A stretch of 64,000 bases of DNA from Promethearchaeota archaeon (lineage in GTDB: Archaea; Asgardarchaeota; Lokiarchaeia; Sigyniarchaeales; SOKP01), in the NCBI GenBank assembly GCA_011364925.1, contig RDOA01000002.1, forward strand, positions 96,001-160,000. The letters run 5' to 3'. The notes under the pieces were generated by a model, which did no database searches, was not told the origin of the DNA, and worked only from the letters and a program-made list of their open reading frames with translations. Of the stretch, positions 7,674 through 18,239 are shown piece by piece (the stretch's first letter is position 1; every line of letters begins with the position of its first letter). The position numbers and the translations under genes are program-made.

Positions 7674-9413
7674 TTGGAAGGTATTTCCTTTATAGACCAT
7701 GGTACTCATAAAATCTTAAAACTACCAAAATTGTCTGACGACGAGAAATTCATAATTGATCCGATTATTGCTCCGACTTCCGGATTAAGAATTCAAATTT
7801 TAGACCAATCTGAGAAGAGAGGTAAGGAAAAATTCTTATTGACTAATAGTAAACTTTACCTGTTCCTTAGAGTGTTTAAAGCTATTAGTCAACAATACAA
7901 AGAAATGAAAAATGGTAAAAACCTTAAGATATTAATCGTCACAGATAATAGACCAACAAGAAGTATTTTGTTAAACTATTGTTCTCAGATATTTGCCTAT
8001 GATGGATATAGCATTTATCATCAAGTGGATGATTTTGGAGAATCTCAAATATCTTCTCCTTACGGAGCGGCATCAGTCGCTCTCCTAAAAGAAGAAGAAA
8101 TAAACTTAATAATAGTTTTAACTGCTTCTCATAATGACTTAACTTGGAATGGGGTTAAATTTTACATCGATTATCCGATGCCAATGTCGGGAGATTTGTT
8201 TAAAGAAATTTCGAAAAAGGCAATGAAACTCAAAGAGATAAATTTTGATCCATCATTCAAAGCTATTCCTATTGATGCTGAAAAAAAGAATAACGATTAT
8301 GTAATCAATCTTGTATCAGGTGTACTGGAAATCGAAAGCATCAAGAATAAAAAAATTATTATTTGGCCATATTTGGGTAAAGCTAGAGGGATAGTCTCAT
8401 TATTCAAACGATTAGGTGCTGAAGTCGTTCTAATTGAAGAAGAAATCAATCCTCCGAATCCTATTAAAGAACTCAGAGAAGATAAATTGAAGCAGGTTAT
8501 GGATTCAGAAGGTTCAGATATAGCGATACTTTTAGATGCCGATAGAGATAGAATCGCGTTATATGTCAAACAAAACGGCAAGTTTAACTATTACATTCCT
8601 AACGAGATTTATTCAGCTCTACATAATATTTTAGCGAAGGAATATAACAAAAAAATTATAAACGTAAGAACCATACCAAGTGATTTAAGAGGAGATAAGA
8701 CTAGTTTTATAAATATTTTAACAGGAGTAGGATATAAGCATATAGGTGTGATTTTGTACTTTCTTTTAGATATTGAAGTCGATAAATCAAAAGTAGATCA
8801 AGCCATCCTTTATTTTGAAGATGAGCATCGAGACCTGCAAAAAATTGACAATCCAAAGCCTTTAATGCACACATTGTATGATTTGATTCGCAAACACAAT
8901 TGCTTTCAAGAAGAATTTATAATTGTAATGTGGGAAGAATCTGGAGGGCACACCCTTAATGTCCTTAAACCAGTTGGAACAGAGAGTCTAGAAGGATTCC
9001 GATTTAATTCCAAATTTCCAATCATTGCCGATAAATACCCTGTTCCGGCGTTAGTACTCATTACAGAACTTCTCGCTCGAGGTCACATAATATCAAAATC
9101 GATCGACTGGTCAATTAAAGGAATAAATAGGACTATTCCTGCAGTTGACAAAGAGAAAGTTAAAATCATGAAGAACTTTGCGAAAAATGATAACGCGACC
9201 ATTACAATTAATAATAAAGAATATAGAGTGAGCGCGCTTTCCGATAATGCAAATGATATCGATATATTTCAATTAAAAAGTAGTAATTCGACATTATATT
9301 TTAGACCGAGTGGAACGGGCCCAGAAGTTCGCTTTTATATATTTGGTGACCGTGAAACTCATTCTGAAGAATTAAAGACAGTTCAAGATTTCATAAAATC
9401 GAACTATGCGTAG
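7674..9413 (+). CDS. Alpha-D-phosphohexomutase (phosphomannomutase/phosphoglucomutase family)
   Basis: TASHN phosphoserine loop, DADRDR metal loop, EESGG sugar loop, RPSGTGP.VRFY phosphate loop. Confidence 0.88.
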   Translation: MEGISFIDHGTHKILKLPKLSDDEKFIIDPIIAPTSGLRIQILDQSEKRGKEKFLLTNSKLYLFLRVFKAISQQYKEMKNGKNLKILIVTDNRPTRSILLNYCSQIFAYDGYSIYHQVDDFGESQISSPYGAASVALLKEEEINLIIVLTASHNDLTWNGVKFYIDYPMPMSGDLFKEISKKAMKLKEINFDPSFKAIPIDAEKKNNDYVINLVSGVLEIESIKNKKIIIWPYLGKARGIVSLFKRLGAEVVLIEEEINPPNPIKELREDKLKQVMDSEGSDIAILLDADRDRIALYVKQNGKFNYYIPNEIYSALHNILAKEYNKKIINVRTIPSDLRGDKTSFINILTGVGYKHIGVILYFLLDIEVDKSKVDQAILYFEDEHRDLQKIDNPKPLMHTLYDLIRKHNCFQEEFIIVMWEESGGHTLNVLKPVGTESLEGFRFNSKFPIIADKYPVPALVLITELLARGHIISKSIDWSIKGINRTIPAVDKEKVKIMKNFAKNDNATITINNKEYRVSALSDNANDIDIFQLKSSNSTLYFRPSGTGPEVRFYIFGDRETHSEELKTVQDFIKSNYA

Positions 9414-9427
9414 CATCTAGAATAATC

Positions 9428-11455
9428 ATGAACAAACCTTTATTACCATTAGCTATAAAACCTCTAAAGCTTGGCGAAGTTAAACCAGCCGGTTGGTTAA
9501 AAAACCAACTAATTACACAGGCTAATGGATTATCGGGACATTTAGACGAATTTTGGCCCGATGTAATGGATAGTGGGTGGATTGGAGGGGTCGCCGAGGG
9601 TTGGGAGCGCTTTCCTTATTGGCTTGATGGAGTTGTCCCTCTCGCTTATTTATTAGAATCCCAAGAACTAATACGAAAAGTAGAAAAATACATATCTTAC
9701 ATTCTAGATCATCAGCAGAAAGATGGATGGTTTGGTCCAACTAAATGGGGCAAAGAACCTTCGTACGATCCATGGCCAATTATGGTACTTTGTAAAGCAC
9801 TCATTCAATATTATGAAATCAGCAAGAATGAAAAAGTTATTAGAGCTTTAGTAAAATATTATCATAAATTAGACCAAATTCTTACCAGACTCACTCTCGG
9901 TGATAGTTGGGCATACATGAGGTGGATGGATGGCGTGTGGGGGATTCATTGGCTTATTGATAATATCACTGAGGATAGTTTTGAAATTGCTTTTTTAATG
10001 ACACTTGCGGAGAAACTTATGAACCAAGGATATGACTGGAAAACGCATTTTACTGATTTCTACTATACTCACATGAGAAAAGATCCCTTTTCAATGGCAA
10101 TATATGGAAAAAATGGAAATTTTGATGAGAACAAAACTCGAATTCACGATCTTCGAAGTCATGTAGTCAACAACGCAATGGGCATTAAAGCATCAACAAT
10201 ATGGTCAAGACAGAGTGGTTCTGATTATGATAAGCAGATGATCTTAACCGGAATCCGAATTTTGGATAAATATCATGGGCAAGCAACAGGCATGTTCTCG
10301 GGAGACGAGCATTTGGCAGGAAAGAATCCTTCGCAAGGCACAGAATTATGCGCTGTTGTGGAGTATTTATTTTCACTTGAAACTGCTCCTTTAATAATTG
10401 GCTGTAATTCTGATACTGTGACCTTAATTGATCGAATGGAAAAAGTATGTTTCAATGCCCTTCCTGCTACATTCTTGTCTGATATGTGGTCTCATCAATA
10501 CGATCAACAAGTAAACCAAATACAGGCAAATCGAGTAAAAAAACCAATTTATACTACCAATGGTAAAGATTCAAATATTTATGGATTAGAACCTAATTTT
10601 GGGTGTTGTACTGCCAATATGCATCAAGGATGGCCAAAATTTGTTGAATACGGATTTTGGGGTAAAGACGATGAAGGGCTAGTATGCTTAGCTTACGCTC
10701 CTAATAAGATAACTACGATTATTTCTACTAAAACTGGGGAAATACCCATAGAAATTGACGAAATAACGGACTATCCTTTCAAAAATGCCATTAATTTTAA
10801 AATTCATCTAGGAGATTCTACCGAATTTTCGTTAAAATTCCGAATTCCCGAATGGTCTTCACATTCCATAATTAGGATAAATCAAGAGCCTTCAATTCTA
10901 TGTGAGACAGGTGAATTCATTAACCTCTCAAGAACTTGGAACAATGGAGATGAAATAACCCTAACCTTATCTATGGATATTATCCTCGAGCGTAGATATA
11001 ACGACTCTTTAAGTGTGATGCGAGGACCTTTACTGTTTGCTCACAATCCCAAAGAAGAGCATAGAGAATTAAAACGATGGAGCAAAGTAGCAGCATTAAG
11101 GAAGGATGAAATCAGTATCCCTCCACAGGTGAAAGATTGGGAAGTGTTTCCAATTTCTCCTTGGGAGTATGCTCTTTTGGAACCTATTGAATTTAAAGTC
11201 TTCGAAATAAAAGAAAATATTGAAATCTTTCAATCCTTTAATAATGTTCATCCTCCAATTAAAATAAAATTAAAAGCGGTAAGGCTTGAAAACTGGCTTG
11301 TTGAATTTGAAGCAGCTGCACCGCCACCAACCAGTCCCGTAAGAAAATCGGGTAAGATCGAAGAAATTGAATTAATACCGTATGGATGCACAAACATACG
11401 AATCGCAGAATTTCCCACCCTTAAATCGGAAAACTCTAATTCGTATAAGGATTAG
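9428..11455 (+). CDS. GH127-family glycoside hydrolase (beta-L-arabinofuranosidase-like)
   Basis: GEVKPAGWL, GWERFPYWLDG, HVVN, GDEHL..GTELCAVVE, FGCCTANMHQGWPK, T.YPF, RIPEW, RGPL, LIPYG; no signal peptide. Confidence 0.88.
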   Translation: MNKPLLPLAIKPLKLGEVKPAGWLKNQLITQANGLSGHLDEFWPDVMDSGWIGGVAEGWERFPYWLDGVVPLAYLLESQELIRKVEKYISYILDHQQKDGWFGPTKWGKEPSYDPWPIMVLCKALIQYYEISKNEKVIRALVKYYHKLDQILTRLTLGDSWAYMRWMDGVWGIHWLIDNITEDSFEIAFLMTLAEKLMNQGYDWKTHFTDFYYTHMRKDPFSMAIYGKNGNFDENKTRIHDLRSHVVNNAMGIKASTIWSRQSGSDYDKQMILTGIRILDKYHGQATGMFSGDEHLAGKNPSQGTELCAVVEYLFSLETAPLIIGCNSDTVTLIDRMEKVCFNALPATFLSDMWSHQYDQQVNQIQANRVKKPIYTTNGKDSNIYGLEPNFGCCTANMHQGWPKFVEYGFWGKDDEGLVCLAYAPNKITTIISTKTGEIPIEIDEITDYPFKNAINFKIHLGDSTEFSLKFRIPEWSSHSIIRINQEPSILCETGEFINLSRTWNNGDEITLTLSMDIILERRYNDSLSVMRGPLLFAHNPKEEHRELKRWSKVAALRKDEISIPPQVKDWEVFPISPWEYALLEPIEFKVFEIKENIEIFQSFNNVHPPIKIKLKAVRLENWLVEFEAAAPPPTSPVRKSGKIEEIELIPYGCTNIRIAEFPTLKSENSNSYKD

Positions 11456-11541
11456 TAGTAGATTCTTTCTTAAGAAAAGCAAAATTTAATAGAAAATGGA
11501 TTGTAATTCAATTATTATACAAAATTCATAATAGTAAAAAA

Positions 11542-13536
11542 GTGGTAATTATTTCAGAGCGAAAAAAATTATGGGAACCTTCTGAAGAATGGATAAGAAA
11601 CGCGAACATAACTAAGTTCATTGAACTTGTTAATAGGGATTACGGACAGAATATTAGTGGGGGAAAAGATTTATATAAATTTTCAGTAAACAATATTGAA
11701 GATTTCTGGGACGCCATGTGGAAATTTTCCACTATAATCGCTTCCAAACCTTACGAAAAAGTAGTGGAAGATTTGAGTGTGTTTCCAGGAACAAAATGGT
11801 TTCCAGGTGCTCGCTTGAACTTCGCAGAAAACTTGTTAAAATTCAAAGATGACCAATTAGCATTTATCTTCCAAGGTGAGACAAAAGTAAGTAAACAAAT
11901 GACTTATAAAGAGTTGAACAAAACTGTTGCTCGTTTAGCTAAATCTCTTAGAGAATTAGGAGTAAGAAAGGGTGATCGCGTCGTATCCTACATTCCAAAC
12001 TTAATTGAAACACCAATCGCCATGCTAGCGGCAACTGCAATCGGAGCTGTTTGGGCTTCTTGTGGTGCGGAATTACAACCGAGTGCTGTTATAGATAGAT
12101 TTGGACAAATCGAACCAAAAGTGCTGTTCACCGTAGATGGGTACTTTTACCGGGACCAAGAATTCAATATCATCTCAAACGCTAAAACCGTAGTTGACGC
12201 CATTCCATCGATTGAAAAAGTAATTGTGGTGAATTATATTTCAGATAATAAGCCAGATATTAGTAGTATTCCTAATAGTATCCACTGGGACGATTTTATT
12301 TCTAAAGACATGGCTCCTCCCCTTGAATTTGAACAATCACCTTTTGACCATCCTGTATATATTATGTTCTCCTCTGGAACAACTGGAGCGCCAAAATGTC
12401 TTGTTCAGAGTGCAGGTGGTGTGTTAATTAATCATTTAAAGGAACTTGTCCTTTTAACAGACTGTAAAAGAAGCGATGTATTCAATTACATTACTGCACC
12501 TTCTTGGATGATGTGGAATTGGCTTATTAGCGGCCTAGCAGTGGGATGTACAATATTTTTATATGACGGCAATCCACTTTTCCCCGATCCATTGAGATTT
12601 TTTGAATTAATTGAAATGCATAAAATATCTATTTTCGGAACTAGTGCTTCTTATATCCATTATTTAATGGGTTTAAAGGTTAAACCTGCTGAAAAATACG
12701 ATCTTAGCGCATTAAGAGAAATCTCGCAGACCGCATCAACGCTTTCACCAGAAGGATTTGAGTATGTGTATAGAGAAATAAAAAAGGACCTCTTTTTTAA
12801 TTCAATTAGTGGAGGAACGGACATTAACGGATGTTTTGCAGGGGCTATGCCAATTCTCCCGGTCTACTCTGGAGAATTACAAGGGCGAGGTTTAGCGATG
12901 AAAGTAGAAGCATATTCTGATAATGCTGAGCCGATTGAAGATGAGCAAGCTGAATTAGTCTGCGAGGCACCATCCCCGTCCATGCCAATATATTTCTGGG
13001 GTGACGACGAGAACATGACAAAGTACAAAGCTGCGTATTTCGATCATTTTAAAGATGTAGGTAAAAATGTCTGGAGGCACGGCGATTATATAGTAATTCA
13101 TAGCGACACCGGAGGTATAACTTTTTGGGGTCGATCAGATGCAGTTCTAAAACCAAGTGGAGTGAGAATCGGAACAGCAGAGATTTACAACGTAGTTGAA
13201 CAACTTCCAGAAGTCGCAGATTCATTAGTGATCGGGCAAAAATATGAAGGAGATATAAGAATTATAATGTTTGTCTTATTAAATGAAGGATATGAACTCA
13301 ATGATGAATTAAAAGTTAAAATTAGACAAACACTCCGTGAAAAAACATCTCCAAGACACGTACCAAAACTTATTTATGCAACTCCTCCAGATGGCATCCC
13401 TTATACTTTTAGTAATAAGAAAGTTGAAATTGCTGTGACAAAAATTATCCATGGAATGGCAGTTGCAAATCGCGGGGCTCTTAGAAACCCAGAATCTTTA
13501 GATTTTTATATTGAAATGAAAGATAAGCTTAAATAA
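11542..13536 (+). CDS. Acetoacetate--CoA ligase (acetoacetyl-CoA synthetase)
   Basis: WFPGARLNFAENLL, YIMFSSGTTGAPK, SWMMWNWL, SISGGTDINGCF, WRHGD, GRSDAVLKPSGVRIGTAEIY. Confidence 0.92.
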   Translation: MVIISERKKLWEPSEEWIRNANITKFIELVNRDYGQNISGGKDLYKFSVNNIEDFWDAMWKFSTIIASKPYEKVVEDLSVFPGTKWFPGARLNFAENLLKFKDDQLAFIFQGETKVSKQMTYKELNKTVARLAKSLRELGVRKGDRVVSYIPNLIETPIAMLAATAIGAVWASCGAELQPSAVIDRFGQIEPKVLFTVDGYFYRDQEFNIISNAKTVVDAIPSIEKVIVVNYISDNKPDISSIPNSIHWDDFISKDMAPPLEFEQSPFDHPVYIMFSSGTTGAPKCLVQSAGGVLINHLKELVLLTDCKRSDVFNYITAPSWMMWNWLISGLAVGCTIFLYDGNPLFPDPLRFFELIEMHKISIFGTSASYIHYLMGLKVKPAEKYDLSALREISQTASTLSPEGFEYVYREIKKDLFFNSISGGTDINGCFAGAMPILPVYSGELQGRGLAMKVEAYSDNAEPIEDEQAELVCEAPSPSMPIYFWGDDENMTKYKAAYFDHFKDVGKNVWRHGDYIVIHSDTGGITFWGRSDAVLKPSGVRIGTAEIYNVVEQLPEVADSLVIGQKYEGDIRIIMFVLLNEGYELNDELKVKIRQTLREKTSPRHVPKLIYATPPDGIPYTFSNKKVEIAVTKIIHGMAVANRGALRNPESLDFYIEMKDKLK

Positions 13537-13583
13537 ACCAAATATCTCAATTTTTTTTTAAATAATGTCCTTATTATATTTCT

Positions 13584-14141
13584 TTACCTATTTCCCTTAT
13601 TCTCTTCATATAATGCAGGTAAAAAATTGGCAAATTCCCCAATTTCCTCTATGTTATGCTTACGTAGAGCCTCAATAAACGATTTTGGAGACTTAGCAGG
13701 TAATCGGAAAGTTGTTCGTAATTTTGTTCCATTATCGATTTGTTCGTATTCATGTAAAATCCAAGTCATAGGTTTGTCTTCATTATCGAGAGTACTCCCT
13801 ACAAGAGCATGGCTATATTCAATTGGTATAGGTGATGAGCTCGGATCTTCCCAACGAATTCGCAGCATAGTAGGGAGTCCAATATTTTCAATAATACGTT
13901 GAATGGCTCCAACATGACCTTGCTTTGGTGAAACTTCCCACTCGAAGGATTTATGATCGTCTGGGTGCCATAATTTATACCGATCGCTCGAATCAATATT
14001 ATCCCACCACCAATCAATCATTTCTGGTATAACTCCTGGAAGTTCGTGATCAACCACTAGATCTACAGTTTTACCCTTTGATCTTTTAATAATTTCCTCC
14101 ATTATTTTATCTGATTCAAACTCTTTATCGCTATTAGACAT
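13584..14141 (-). CDS. PhlG/DAPG-hydrolase-like protein (Bet v1/START fold)
   Basis: PEMIDWWW...RYKLWHPDDH and HNIEE...FLPALY match the PhlG Zn-binding pattern. Confidence 0.72.
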   Translation of the reverse strand: MSNSDKEFESDKIMEEIIKRSKGKTVDLVVDHELPGVIPEMIDWWWDNIDSSDRYKLWHPDDHKSFEWEVSPKQGHVGAIQRIIENIGLPTMLRIRWEDPSSSPIPIEYSHALVGSTLDNEDKPMTWILHEYEQIDNGTKLRTTFRLPAKSPKSFIEALRKHNIEEIGEFANFLPALYEENKGNR

Positions 14142-14327
14142 GTTCTTAAAACCTTCCTTTTATTCTTTCATCATTATAAAACTGTGTTTATTATTCATGG
14201 ATTTTTTTAAAAGTTTTCTTCTTTCTCTTATTTTTTTTTCTTTTTAAAAAATGATAAACTTCTTATTTTGTAAAATTGATTTGATAGTCGAATATTCAGC
14301 AAATGTAAAAATTGTAAAAGGCGTAAC

Positions 14328-14774
14328 ATGTTAATGGATCTATTTGATTGGATTTTTATAATATCAGGAATTGTTTTTTTCTCGTCGATAATTTGTGTAT
14401 TTATCTTAACCGCTAATGATAAAGAAGATAAGGTGAAAATATTCGGAATAATTCTATTTATTATGATTTTTCCACTTATCTCAGTGCTGATTAAGTATAG
14501 TATTGTTGGAGATTTAAGGTTTATAATCTTTCTTATTTTAATTCTTAGTTATTTAGTAATTGAATTTTTACTTGATCAGGTTTTCAAGATTGACTTTCGA
14601 TCGAAATTAAGCCGTCACATTCCTTATATTATTGTAGAGTGGACTGCTTGTTTTTCTTTCTTGTTTGGAGCCCTCAGACTTGACTATACTTGGGGCTGGA
14701 TTGTATCTTTCTTCTTCTTTGCATTTATAATTGCTTTGATTTACAATATAGCTAAACTTAAAAGAAAGAAATAG
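14328..14774 (+). CDS. Multi-pass membrane protein of unknown function
   Basis: About 5 hydrophobic segments and a basic C-terminus. Confidence 0.75.
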   Translation: MLMDLFDWIFIISGIVFFSSIICVFILTANDKEDKVKIFGIILFIMIFPLISVLIKYSIVGDLRFIIFLILILSYLVIEFLLDQVFKIDFRSKLSRHIPYIIVEWTACFSFLFGALRLDYTWGWIVSFFFFAFIIALIYNIAKLKRKK

Positions 14775-14862
14775 AATATTACGATTCTAGCTTCAATCTC
14801 AACTGTATTTTAATCAATTTAATTGAGACTGTGGCAATGAATAATAATTGATAATCAAAAGA

Positions 14863-15288
14863 CTAAGTCTTAAATTTTAATTCACAAGCGCAATTTTTTG
14901 AATTAATTATATCATTTCCACTAGGACATTTTTTTGGATGCCCGTATTTTTCGCATATCTTATTAATCGTATCACATGATAATAATAGATTAAGTTTTGA
15001 ACTTTCGGTATGAGCTTCTTCCGCTGTCATTCCTAATTCATTATAGAAAAGTAATTCAAGCAATTGTTCGTGTCTTATCAATTCTTTTGCCACTTCTTTT
15101 CCTAAATTGGTTAAAGATACTTCGAAAAAAGGTTCATAATTGACATGTCCATTCGCTTTTAACCTTTTTACGCAACTGCCTAACGTAGAATGTATTATAT
15201 TTAGCTTTCGTGCAATTTGACTTACTTTTATCGGTTTTTTGTTCTTGTACAAAAACTTTAATACTGTATAATCTAACTCTCTCATCAA
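14863..15288 (-). CDS. DtxR/MntR-family metal-dependent regulator
   Basis: wHTH, LT..GK..A..LIRHEQLLE, GHPKKCPSG; downstream of metal ABC genes. Confidence 0.85.
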   Translation of the reverse strand: MMRELDYTVLKFLYKNKKPIKVSQIARKLNIIHSTLGSCVKRLKANGHVNYEPFFEVSLTNLGKEVAKELIRHEQLLELLFYNELGMTAEEAHTESSKLNLLLSCDTINKICEKYGHPKKCPSGNDIINSKNCACELKFKT

Positions 15289-15313
15289 TTCATAACCAAC
15301 ATTTACATTTATT

Positions 15314-16027
15314 TTAAAAACTAAAAATTTGTTTAATAATTTGTTCTACTTCAGGATTATATGGCTCTCCATCATATATTATGGTTCCATCCATAAGAAG
15401 GAGTCTAGAGCAATATGGTTGCAACAAATCAAGGTGATGATTAATTGCAATAATAGTGATATTCAGGTTATTATTTAATTCTACCAATAAGGTCATCAAA
15501 TCTTTCACCATCATAAAATCTAGGGCACTAGTTGGTTCATCGAGGAGTAAAATATAAGGTTTTGAGGCGAGTGCTCTAGCTACCATTACTTTCTGAAGTT
15601 CTCCTCCCGACAAATGTCCAATTGGACGATTCTTATACGCTTCTAGATGAACTGTATGAAGTGCTTCTTCAGCTTGCTTTTTATCTTTGGTTTTTAAGGG
15701 TTTCATAAATCCGATTTTGCCGAATAAACCCATTTCTACTACATCTAATACTGTTGCCGGAAAAGTTTTTTTAACTGAAATATTTTGAGGGACATACCCA
15801 ACATTTGATCGTACTTTTTTAATGTTTTGAGAACCGAGAACTGTTACCGTTCCGGTAAAAGGTTCGATAAGACCTAAAATAGTCTTTAGAAAAGTAGTTT
15901 TACCCGAACCATTTGGACCGAAAATACCAATATATTCCCCTTGATTAATGTTTACATTAACATTCTGTAATGCAATTATATTCTGGTTTTTCACGCTAAC
16001 GTTTTCAAAACTTATGACTGGTTCCAT
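15314..16027 (-). CDS. znuC: Zn/Mn ABC transporter ATPase (ZnuC-like)
   Basis: GPNGSGKTT, VGYVPQ, FPATVLDVV.MG, LSGGE, LLLDEPT. Confidence 0.88.
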   Translation of the reverse strand: MEPVISFENVSVKNQNIIALQNVNVNINQGEYIGIFGPNGSGKTTFLKTILGLIEPFTGTVTVLGSQNIKKVRSNVGYVPQNISVKKTFPATVLDVVEMGLFGKIGFMKPLKTKDKKQAEEALHTVHLEAYKNRPIGHLSGGELQKVMVARALASKPYILLLDEPTSALDFMMVKDLMTLLVELNNNLNITIIAINHHLDLLQPYCSRLLLMDGTIIYDGEPYNPEVEQIIKQIFSF

Positions 16028-16069
16028 ATTCTAGCCTCCTTCATTCTTTATTGTAATTCCAATTCAATT

Positions 16070-17137
16070 TTATTTTCTCGTTCTTATGTAAATAAAAATA
16101 ATTAAAAGTGCACTTATAATTATACTAAAAGTGATGATAATCCCTAGTAAATCAAGTAAACTTGGCGGATTGATTGGATTACCCAGTGCCCATAAATCAT
16201 ATTCAATCATCTGCGTATAATTTGAAATTAATACACGCTCTCCATTCCAATTAACTTCTACATTTAAAAGGGGAGTAAGTATAGCAATTTTTGATTCCGT
16301 TTCCCTAGCTATTTCATAAACACTCTCAGTTTTATGTTGAGGATCTGTAACAATTAGATGACATCCTTCTTCCTTCATTATTTTTATAATATCTGTAATC
16401 TCTATAGCAGAAGGTTCTTGATCTTCCCCCTTTTCAATGGATGCTAATCGAGTTACATTTAAAAGCTTTTCTTGGAATAAATAAAAATAAGCAGGATGAT
16501 TGACAACGACCTTCGTTCCATTATAAGTGGATTTTGCATTCTGAATGGTATCTAATAAGTTATCAAGAACTGTTAAATAATTCAAAGTGTTATTTGAATA
16601 AATCCACTTATTAGATATTAAAGGTTCCATTATCCAAAGGGTTTGATTGATCTTTTGTGTAAAATTTTTCATATTATTAGGGTCCATCCAGACATGGGGA
16701 TTGACAAATCCAAGTAACGGGTCAATTTTAAGCATATTTGGATCAATTAGTTCAACAACATAAGCGTCTTCCCATTCAGTTCGCCACCATGGCTCTAAAT
16801 CCTCAATTCCCATCCGAAATATGATATCAGCATTTTCAAGGGCTAAAATTTTATCAGAAGTTGGTTCGTAGGAATGAGGATCAGCCGATCCAGGTACTAT
16901 AATAGTGACATCTTGTCCTATAACATGCTCAACGACATCTTCTACTATCGTGATTGTCGCCACAATATTCAAAGAAGTATTCGCTACTTCAAATGAATTT
17001 AATGGATGCGAAACTTTTTTATTTATTTGACCTAAATTTAATCCAGAATTTGCTGATAATAAAAAGAAAATTAAGAAAATAGACGCTATCGTTCTAAATT
17101 TTTTCAAAACTTTCATTATAGAAAGTATTTTTAACAT
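16070..17137 (-). CDS. znuA: Zn/Mn ABC substrate-binding protein (ZnuA/TroA-like) with a C-terminal membrane anchor
   Basis: DPHSYEP, NPHVWMDP, HPAYFY, EPSA; N-terminal signal and C-terminal TM; true start may be the second Met (MKVLKK). Confidence 0.88.
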   Translation of the reverse strand: MLKILSIMKVLKKFRTIASIFLIFFLLSANSGLNLGQINKKVSHPLNSFEVANTSLNIVATITIVEDVVEHVIGQDVTIIVPGSADPHSYEPTSDKILALENADIIFRMGIEDLEPWWRTEWEDAYVVELIDPNMLKIDPLLGFVNPHVWMDPNNMKNFTQKINQTLWIMEPLISNKWIYSNNTLNYLTVLDNLLDTIQNAKSTYNGTKVVVNHPAYFYLFQEKLLNVTRLASIEKGEDQEPSAIEITDIIKIMKEEGCHLIVTDPQHKTESVYEIARETESKIAILTPLLNVEVNWNGERVLISNYTQMIEYDLWALGNPINPPSLLDLLGIIITFSIIISALLIIFIYIRTRK

Positions 17138-17150
17138 TCTGATTTTTCCT

Positions 17151-17170
17151 ATTTACGATCGTTCGTATAT
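17151..17170. promoter_or_regulatory. Candidate operator between divergent znuA and znuB
   Basis: Imperfect palindrome ATtTACGA-tcgt-TCGTAtAT. Confidence 0.3.
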
Positions 17171-17272
17171 AATTTAATTTAAACTTTGTGAAAAGAATTA
17201 GATGAAAAGAAATTTAAAGGAGCGTTCCATAATTTTACTCAAAATAGTATTAGAAAAAAGATTAAACCTATC

Positions 17273-18208
17273 ATGTTATATGAGAATTTTTTTGAAGCAT
17301 TATTAAAATATGCATTTCTTCAACGCGCGTTGTTCACATCTATAATTGTAGGTGTAATTTGTGGTCTTGTAGGTGTGTTTATAATATTACGAGGTTTAAT
17401 TTTTATGGGAGCTGGGATTGCGCATTCTTCTTTCGCAGGAGGTGCGTTAGGGATACTCTTAGGAATAAATCCATTTGTTACAATATTCTTTTTTAGTACT
17501 GGTGCAGCGTTGACAATTGGTTTCATTAATGAGAAGGGTTACGTAGAAGATAATAATGTTGCAGTAGGGATTATTTTTTCCCTTACAATGGCTCTTGCTA
17601 TATTATTTATAAGTTTAATAAGAACGTATAATGCTGCTGTTACTAATATTCTATTTGGAAATGTTTTGGTTGTCACAACCGAAGATATGATTTTACTGAT
17701 TTTTATTAGTATCATAATCATGATGATCGTTTTCTTTATGAAAAAGGAACTATTTTTCATAACTTTTGATGATGAAATGGCAAGTGCAACGGGAATACCA
17801 GTAAGGTTTATTTCTTACATATTTCTTATGTTAATTTCGTTTGCAATTGTAGTCTCTTTGAAAGCAATAGGTGCAATATTGGTTTTTGCGATGATTACAA
17901 CACCAGCAGCATCAGCATACCAATGGAGTTATAAATTAAATCGAATTTTATTACTTTCAATACTATTCGGAGCTATTTCATCATCTGTCGGACTCTATTT
18001 ATCTTATATTCTTAATTTGCCTTCTGGTTCCATGATCACTATGACAATAAGCGTTATTTTCATAATTTCAATCATTTTTTCACCAAAAAGAAAAGCGGGC
18101 AAGGATATTGGGTATAAGCACACATGTAAGGTCTGTGATAAAGTGAGCGTTGAAGAATGCGAGTTTTGTTTAGCAGAAGAACAGAAGAACCATCAAGAAA
18201 TAAAATAA
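17273..18208 (+). CDS. znuB: Zn/Mn ABC permease (ZnuB-like) with a Cys-rich tail
   Basis: FLQRAL, GIAHSSFAG, LFGNVL, FDDEMA..G, IGAILV.AM..TPAASA; tail HTCKVC..ECEFC. Confidence 0.88.
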   Translation: MLYENFFEALLKYAFLQRALFTSIIVGVICGLVGVFIILRGLIFMGAGIAHSSFAGGALGILLGINPFVTIFFFSTGAALTIGFINEKGYVEDNNVAVGIIFSLTMALAILFISLIRTYNAAVTNILFGNVLVVTTEDMILLIFISIIIMMIVFFMKKELFFITFDDEMASATGIPVRFISYIFLMLISFAIVVSLKAIGAILVFAMITTPAASAYQWSYKLNRILLLSILFGAISSSVGLYLSYILNLPSGSMITMTISVIFIISIIFSPKRKAGKDIGYKHTCKVCDKVSVEECEFCLAEEQKNHQEIK

Positions 18209-18239
18209 TTTGAATTTTAGCTAAAAAACATACACATAC

